A DNA stretch of 64,000 nucleotides. Origin: Planctomycetota bacterium (lineage in GTDB: Bacteria; Planctomycetota; Phycisphaerae; UBA1845). The stretch spans positions 1,126-65,125 of the forward strand of contig JACQFE010000003.1 in the NCBI GenBank assembly GCA_016200265.1, written 5' to 3'. This document shows, one piece after another, positions 59,301 through 64,000 of this stretch. Under the pieces are notes generated by a model. That model did not search any database, had not been told where the DNA came from, and saw only the letters and a list, made by a program, of their open reading frames with translations. A program made the translations under genes and the position numbers. Within the stretch, counting starts at the first letter, position 1, and each line of letters opens with the position of its first letter.

Positions 59301-59416
59301 TTCGCAATGGTCAGAATTCCCTGCCCCCCGACGCCCGCAATAATGACATTCAACCGCACGTGCGTCCGTGGTGAGGTCACAGGCTTCGTGATGACTTCGT
59401 TAGACTGCAACGGCAT
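56381..59416 (-). CDS. iorB: IorB (gamma-type) domain fused to ADP-forming acyl-CoA synthetase (ATP-grasp beta, then CoA-binding alpha domains)
   Basis: GVGGQGIL..SEVHGMSQRGGSV.SHVR; VLKIIS..ITHKSDVGGV and ELEVNP; EPRSIAVVG.S, TQSGG, GNQIDL, TAGHTASIAG, SNAG. Confidence 0.9.
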   Translation of the reverse strand: MPLQSNEVITKPVTSPRTHVRLNVIIAGVGGQGILTIAKAISNAAISRGWNAKESEVHGMSQRGGSVYSHVRVSDQTIHSDLIPLGECDLILSMEPLEALRYASYLSDTGCIISNTLPLVNMANYPPIEGVLERISSEQRNVLIDASRWAREAGAVLAANAVLLGAASSRLGFSADELQEAIARQLQSKGARVVDANRKAFQLGRLAASAYSEAIRSTQEPKTVREWMANVSSEALLAGRAVKAHVDGVDQDAKLSAAEESGISQVLQKALLEGRSSLFEHEVYQIVELAGAISPPRHRVIRPAETVRQADIDSFPGDRVVLKIISRDITHKSDVGGVVFVAKDADSVDESLRKLVERRAKTGANVEGVLLVECIEHEESGFGQELFVGIRFSREFGNVIAAGLGGVDTEYLAHKMKPGVAVAKALVHETTAEDFFELFKTTAAYDVLAGRIRGHHRVVSDDELIRCFRAFLAIARRFSGDTNAPSSLLELEVNPFAFSHEKMVPLDGRGRLGSITPLRLARPRKKIANLLEPRSIAVVGVSGKRENFGRIILENILDCGFSREHLYVIKDGTTEINGVRCVSDVQHLPEEIDVLVISVSHGLAELFDGAIASGKVSSIILIPGGLGETAGTETLQDLLQSKITSSRELPGAGLIVLGGNTLGIRSRPGRYDTFFTPREKLDARRGEPTTRTALITQSGGFAITRMSNLEAINPSLAITIGNQIDLTVSDLFAAVGTRNDLDAIGVYMEGFCDGDGLEFVRALKSVVESGKTVVFYKAGRTAPGRSATAGHTASIAGDYDVCQTSIAQAGAIVVDTFKEFEQVLELATLFHAKKVHGRRIGILSNAGFEVVGMADTIIGVRYALEVAALSLASQDRIREFLAPAKLDKLVNVRNPLDVTPMANEAVYAACAKAMIEDGGVDALVVSVVPFTSELKTTPEELQSGARSLVDELAAITASSEKPLAVVIDCGRPYEVLASKMRKAGVPVFPSCDQAIRSMGRYLCHRGKRASI

Positions 59417-61055
59417 CCTCCGATCGCCCGCATCCGGCGGGCAAAGTCGCGCGGCGCTTCATGTGAATGCACGGGCGGCTTGACACAATGACCGATAGCC
59501 CGGGATACGCAATCTCCCGCTGCAACAGGCGGACGTTCGCATCATGTTCTTTTCGAATTGGATCAATCTGAAAGATACGCCTGGCGTCGACTCCCAGCCC
59601 CCGAAGTAGCCGAATGAATTGTTCGCCGGTGACAAATGGCTCCTGACCGCCCGTCATCGCAATCCCTGAATTATCCATGATGATCACGGTCATGTTCGCA
59701 TTTTCCGCAGCGGCCGCGATCATGGTTCCAAGCCCGGAGTGAATGAATGTCGAATCTCCGATCGTACAGATGACAGGCGAGACGCCGGCTTTGGCCGCAC
59801 CCAGCGCCATGCCGATCGAAGCACCCATCTCAACGCATGTATGAACTGCGTTGTACGGCGGATACGCGCCCAGCGTGTAGCAACCGATGTCGCTGAACAA
59901 ATAGGGTTTGCTGTCGCCGCCCAGTGCGTCGACCAGAACCTGAAATGTGTCGCAATGCGGACAGCCCTGACAGAGGCACGGCGGGCGCGGCGGAAGCACG
60001 TACGATCGCTCGACCGCGCCGTCCGAATTCGACGCGGCGTCGCCCTTCGCCCAGAGCATTGAAATCGCCTTTCGCACAAGATCGACGCTGAGCTCCCCGT
60101 CCGGCGGCAAATGTCTACTCAATCTGCCCGCAATCGTCTTGCCCGGCACACCCATCAAACCCATGATCCGAGTCTCGACAAATGGATAACCATCCTCAAG
60201 CACCAGAATCTCGTCGCAGTGGTTCACCAGACGTTTGATCAGGTTTGTCGGAATGGGCGATACGCAGAGTTTGAGGATGGAATACGAAGGATCATCGCCA
60301 ATCGCTTCCAAGAAATAGTTGTTGGCGATGCCGCACGCAATCACGCCGCGTGACCCATTCAGTTTGAGTCGATTCGCCGGACACCGCTCGCTGTAGCCTC
60401 GCAATTCGGGTTGCAAATCAATGACCCGGCGATTCCGCCTCCGCGCATTCGGCGGAAGAAGAACCCAATCGTTTGTATTGCCTCGTGCCCGATCTGCTGG
60501 CGGAACGTTCGCTGCGCGGCGTGCCACTGGGGCCTCACTATGCGCAAGCCGCGTCACCATTCGAATCATCACCGGCGTGCCCAGCCGCTCGGATAGCGCG
60601 AACGCTTCTCGCGTCAGGTCGTAGGCCTCTTGCTGCGTCGATGGCTCAAAGAGCGGAAGACGTGCGAAATCCGCATAACACCTTGTGTCTTGCTCATTTT
60701 GGGAAGAGTGCATCCCCGGATCGTCGGCCACCACCACGACAAGACCGCCGTTCGCCCCGGTCAGAGCCGAACTCATCAATGGATCGGCGGCCACATTCAA
60801 ACCCACGTGCTTCATGGATACTATGGCTCGCCTGCCGACATACGACATGCCAAGAGCTTCCTCGAACGCGATCTTTTCATTCGCGGACCACCGCGCGGCG
60901 ATGGCTGGGCGTTCGGCGCCATTCATTTTGCGAGACCGCTCTTCGATGCATTCGAAGATCTCGGTGGCCGGCGTTCCCGGATAGGAAAAGGCCCCGCTGA
61001 TTCCGGCATCGATGGCCGCGACACCGACCGCCTCATCGCCCAGCAAGAGTTCCAT
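59400..61055 (-). CDS. iorA: Indolepyruvate:ferredoxin oxidoreductase alpha subunit lacking the C-terminal ferredoxin
   Basis: LLGDEAV, YPGTPATE, NEKIAFE, MKHVGLNVAAD, DDPGMHSSQNEQD, LCQGCPH, DIGCYTLG, GDSTFIHSG. Confidence 0.92.
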   Translation of the reverse strand: MELLLGDEAVGVAAIDAGISGAFSYPGTPATEIFECIEERSRKMNGAERPAIAARWSANEKIAFEEALGMSYVGRRAIVSMKHVGLNVAADPLMSSALTGANGGLVVVVADDPGMHSSQNEQDTRCYADFARLPLFEPSTQQEAYDLTREAFALSERLGTPVMIRMVTRLAHSEAPVARRAANVPPADRARGNTNDWVLLPPNARRRNRRVIDLQPELRGYSERCPANRLKLNGSRGVIACGIANNYFLEAIGDDPSYSILKLCVSPIPTNLIKRLVNHCDEILVLEDGYPFVETRIMGLMGVPGKTIAGRLSRHLPPDGELSVDLVRKAISMLWAKGDAASNSDGAVERSYVLPPRPPCLCQGCPHCDTFQVLVDALGGDSKPYLFSDIGCYTLGAYPPYNAVHTCVEMGASIGMALGAAKAGVSPVICTIGDSTFIHSGLGTMIAAAAENANMTVIIMDNSGIAMTGGQEPFVTGEQFIRLLRGLGVDARRIFQIDPIRKEHDANVRLLQREIAYPGLSVIVSSRPCIHMKRRATLPAGCGRSEDAVAV

Positions 61056-61084
61056 GTGTTCTCTCACAATTGCATTCTCGCCGA

Positions 61085-63370
61085 TCACAATAATGCGTTC
61101 TCCGACATCGCCTTCAGCCGCATCCAACGCCGGTCCACTTCGTCCTGCACTTCCTGCAGAAGCGGGGCATAGTCCGGGGTCAGCAAGTGACGATACGCGC
61201 CGCCCATTTTCCGAAATGCATCCGAAACCGGCACCTTCTTTCCACTTTTTTCGGGATCGATCGTCACCCGCGTAATGCCGTGCTCGATCTCGACCAGAGG
61301 GTGCATGCAGGCATTCACCATCGCTTCGACCGCCGAAGGCCCGACGTGTTCGTCCATGCCCCAATTCAGCGGGCACACAGAGAGTGCCTTCACAAATGCG
61401 AATCCGCCCGCTCGAACTGTCGCCTGGGCCTTTCGCGCCTTGCGGATCATATCCACGGCATGTAATTCGGCCGCGGTCGCCAGGTACGGGGCGAAGGTGC
61501 CGCGCAGAATTTCAATAATGTCCTTGTGGTGAGTGAGCTTCCCTTTCTGCGCGGCGCCGAGGTGTGCGTTACTGTTCCTCTGCCCTTTGAATCCGGTGTA
61601 GCAAAGCTGCGAGCCGGTGTTCATGTATCCTTTGTTGTCATATTCCAGCAGGATGAAAGGATCATTGCGCAGCGCCGCTCCGATCACCTGATCCATCCCA
61701 ATATCGTCGCCTCCGTCGCCGGTCACGACGATCGCCGTAATGTCTTCCGGAATCTCCCCACGAGCCTTGTAACGTTTGATCATCTCCACAACGCCGGTGG
61801 CCGTTGACGAGCCGTTATGAAAAAGATTATGGAAGTACGGCACCTTGAAGCTCGTCAGCGGATACCCGGTCGTGACGACCATTCCGCATCCGGTGTTGAA
61901 TAGGAACACGACGTGCCCATCGATGCCGCGAAGGAACAAATTCAGGGTCGTGAAAATACCACATCCCGGGCACGCCGTGTGTTTGTCAAAACGCGTCGGC
62001 ATGGACGACAGGTCCCGAAGATTGACTTTGCCGTCCTTGCCGGCGTTGCAGGAGCACTCCGCCGCGGTCAGTGGCTTGAGTGTCGGGAGAGGATGATAAT
62101 TCTCGTCACCCGCCCAGGCGCCGTAATACCATTTCGTGCGCGCCTCATCCTTGTCCTCCAGCTTCGGCCAGCGCGCCGCGAGATCATACATCGCCAGCGC
62201 ATCTTTGCCCGTGAAATTCAAGCCCCCCACGCCGTATGTTCGCTGGATGATCCGCGCATCGTTGCCGCGCCGCTGCAGGGCCGCCCCAATCTCATTGGCA
62301 AGATAATTGCTTGCCCCGTACTGACTTGCCCGCTCGGCGACGACAATTCGCTTCGCCCCACCGATCGCCGCGACGATTTCATCTTCGGGCCAAGGTCGCA
62401 GCACGATCGGAACCACCAAATTGACCGACTCGCCTTTTTCTTTCAGCTCATCGACCGCATCCTTGGCCGCCTCGCCCGCCGTGTTGAGAACGACCAAACA
62501 TCGCTCCGCGTCGCGATCACCATATTGATGGACAAAGTCATAGTGTCGGCCGCTCAGGAGCGCGAATTCCTTGAAAATTCGCGGCAGCAGTTCCTTCGCC
62601 TGCTCGAACTTGAGGTCCATCTGCACTTTGCAGTTGATCAGATCATCGTTCATGTACGGACCAAACGTCCGCGGATGATTGACATCAAGCAGATTGAATC
62701 GCCCGCTCTCCGCTTCAAGGGTCTTCCTGAATGGCGGCGGCCCAACGAATGTGCGAACGTCATTTTGATCTCGAAAAACCTGGATCCGCCGATTGGCGTG
62801 CGAAGTGTAAAACCCATCATAGGCCACGATCGCCGGCAGATTCACCGCTTCGGAAACCTTGATGGCGATGATGTTCATGTCATAGGCCGCCTGGACGGTG
62901 GGTGCGAGAAGAATGATCCACCCCCACCCAAGTGCGGCGTAAAGGTCAGAGTGACCGTTCTTGATGTTCAGCGGCGCGGAAACGTCGCGCGTGGAAAGAT
63001 TCAGCACCATCGGCAAGCCCAGCCCTGCAATGGCCGGCATCTGCTCGGCCTTGAGCATCAACCCATTCGCGCTGGTCACATCGACCGCGCGCCCACCCGC
63101 GACCGCCACGCCCGCGCAAATCGAAAGCGCCGCAAGCTCCGACGTTCCGATGATGAACGCCAAATCCGTCTCGCCATCAGCGACTGCCTTTGAAACAACC
63201 TCACCCACATCGGATGACGGCGTGATTGGATAATAGCCTTCCGCGTCGTAGCCGATGTCAATGATCGCTTTCGCAACCGCTTCATTGCCATTTCCCAGCC
63301 AGGGGACCTGTATGGCATGACTCAATGCAATGCGATTCGGCGGCCTAGCGATCTGGCTCATCGAAATCAT
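61085..63370 (-). CDS. Fused PorA-PorB 2-oxoacid:ferredoxin oxidoreductase
   Basis: GNEAVA, YYPITPS and TSANG in the alpha half; HTACPGCG, TGC, GDG, DNKGYMNTGSQ and CPLNW in the beta half. Confidence 0.9.
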   Translation of the reverse strand: MISMSQIARPPNRIALSHAIQVPWLGNGNEAVAKAIIDIGYDAEGYYPITPSSDVGEVVSKAVADGETDLAFIIGTSELAALSICAGVAVAGGRAVDVTSANGLMLKAEQMPAIAGLGLPMVLNLSTRDVSAPLNIKNGHSDLYAALGWGWIILLAPTVQAAYDMNIIAIKVSEAVNLPAIVAYDGFYTSHANRRIQVFRDQNDVRTFVGPPPFRKTLEAESGRFNLLDVNHPRTFGPYMNDDLINCKVQMDLKFEQAKELLPRIFKEFALLSGRHYDFVHQYGDRDAERCLVVLNTAGEAAKDAVDELKEKGESVNLVVPIVLRPWPEDEIVAAIGGAKRIVVAERASQYGASNYLANEIGAALQRRGNDARIIQRTYGVGGLNFTGKDALAMYDLAARWPKLEDKDEARTKWYYGAWAGDENYHPLPTLKPLTAAECSCNAGKDGKVNLRDLSSMPTRFDKHTACPGCGIFTTLNLFLRGIDGHVVFLFNTGCGMVVTTGYPLTSFKVPYFHNLFHNGSSTATGVVEMIKRYKARGEIPEDITAIVVTGDGGDDIGMDQVIGAALRNDPFILLEYDNKGYMNTGSQLCYTGFKGQRNSNAHLGAAQKGKLTHHKDIIEILRGTFAPYLATAAELHAVDMIRKARKAQATVRAGGFAFVKALSVCPLNWGMDEHVGPSAVEAMVNACMHPLVEIEHGITRVTIDPEKSGKKVPVSDAFRKMGGAYRHLLTPDYAPLLQEVQDEVDRRWMRLKAMSENALL

Positions 63371-63708
63371 CCTTTCAGGTAATCCAATGCCTTAATCACT
63401 TCCGGCAGGTGCGTGTACGTCGGTCCGCCCTGCATGACGACGGCCACGCCCGCTGCCTCAAGGATCTGTTCTCGCGTCGCTCCGGCCTTGAGGCACTTCT
63501 CGACGTGCATGTTGATGCAACTGACGCAGCGTACCGCCAGTCCGATCCCCAGCGCGATCAATTCCTTTTCGCGAACGCTCAGCGCCCCTTGCTTCATGAT
63601 CGCCTGAAACATCCCGCCGAATGCCCGAACCACATCAGGCATTTCGCTCTTCACGTTTTCCATGCTGGCGGGAAATTCCTCAAAAAAAGTCTCGGTTGCG
63701 GTTGTCAT
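63367..63708 (-). CDS. Carboxymuconolactone decarboxylase/AhpD-like protein (CxxC)
   Basis: GGAG RBS; GALSVREKELIALGI...CVSCINMH...GATREQILEA..V...GG. Confidence 0.9.
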   Translation of the reverse strand: MTTATETFFEEFPASMENVKSEMPDVVRAFGGMFQAIMKQGALSVREKELIALGIGLAVRCVSCINMHVEKCLKAGATREQILEAAGVAVVMQGGPTYTHLPEVIKALDYLKG

Positions 63709-63739
63709 GTTGATTTCTCCCGATTTCAACTTTCCGTCG

Positions 63740-64000
63740 TCAATCTCCAAGACCAGCGTCCGTAAACGTCAGTGCTTTGCCCTTCTTGTTTTCCGGACAC
63801 ACCTCAACGCAGCGCATGCATCCTTTGCAAAACGCCTCATCAATTCCGGCCATCTTCCCCCCCTGCCACCTGAGCCCTCCCGGATCGGAACACACCGTCA
63901 GGCAAATTCCGCAGGACGTGCAGGACTCCGGATGAAACTCAGGAATTTTCCCGCGACCGGCCAGGCGATTGTCGCGCCCGCCGGTGTTGTGCGTCAGCGC
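63740..64000 (-). CDS. C-terminal PorD-type 2x[4Fe-4S] domain of an upstream gamma/delta subunit (partial, runs off window)
   Basis: Manual translation: ...PEFHPESCTSCGICLTVCSDPG...IDEAFCKGCMRCVEVCPENK...GLGD*, stop at 63740-63742. Confidence 0.85.
   Translation of the reverse strand, partial: ALTHNTGGRDNRLAGRGKIPEFHPESCTSCGICLTVCSDPGGLRWQGGKMAGIDEAFCKGCMRCVEVCPENKKGKALTFTDAGLGD

Overview
Probably a planctomycete (Phycisphaerae-like) chromosomal window. This is inferred from the ECF sigma factor/Ser-Thr kinase pair, secreted beta-propeller proteins with dockerin-like tails, and membrane proteins ending in CxxC..GNVSGxCPECG zinc ribbons. The main feature is an 11.5-kb integrative element (2662-14235) inserted at the 3' end of tRNA-Ser(GGA) between perfect 31-bp direct repeats. 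Its genes are all co-oriented: three HTH/AlpA/Xis-like genes, a phage-type replication initiator, a DnaC-like loader, a degenerate and an intact S49 protease, a tape-measure-like protein and a tyrosine integrase. I see no capsid, portal or terminase gene, so it looks like a phage satellite. The att core lies inside the integrase reading frame, so excision would swap the integrase C-terminus, and arm-type repeats sit in both coding halves. Flanking the element are a selenocysteine (CxxU) AhpD-like peroxidase with a bacterial SECIS hairpin, tRNA-Ile(GAT) and tRNA-Sec. The rest of the window holds a TadG-like gene, Kelch-like propeller proteins, ECF-STK, 5-oxoprolinase, a nonsense-interrupted LamG/Cys-rich gene, two acyl-CoA dehydrogenases and a half-length UvrA. 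It also holds a methyltransferase/AsnB/GT2 operon, prolyl oligopeptidase, a 34-heme-motif cytochrome c/cytochrome b/FeS/NrfD cluster with a sigma54 site, and a 2-oxoacid:ferredoxin oxidoreductase operon ending in an IorB-acyl-CoA synthetase (ADP-forming) fusion. All family assignments come from motif recognition; no database search was run.
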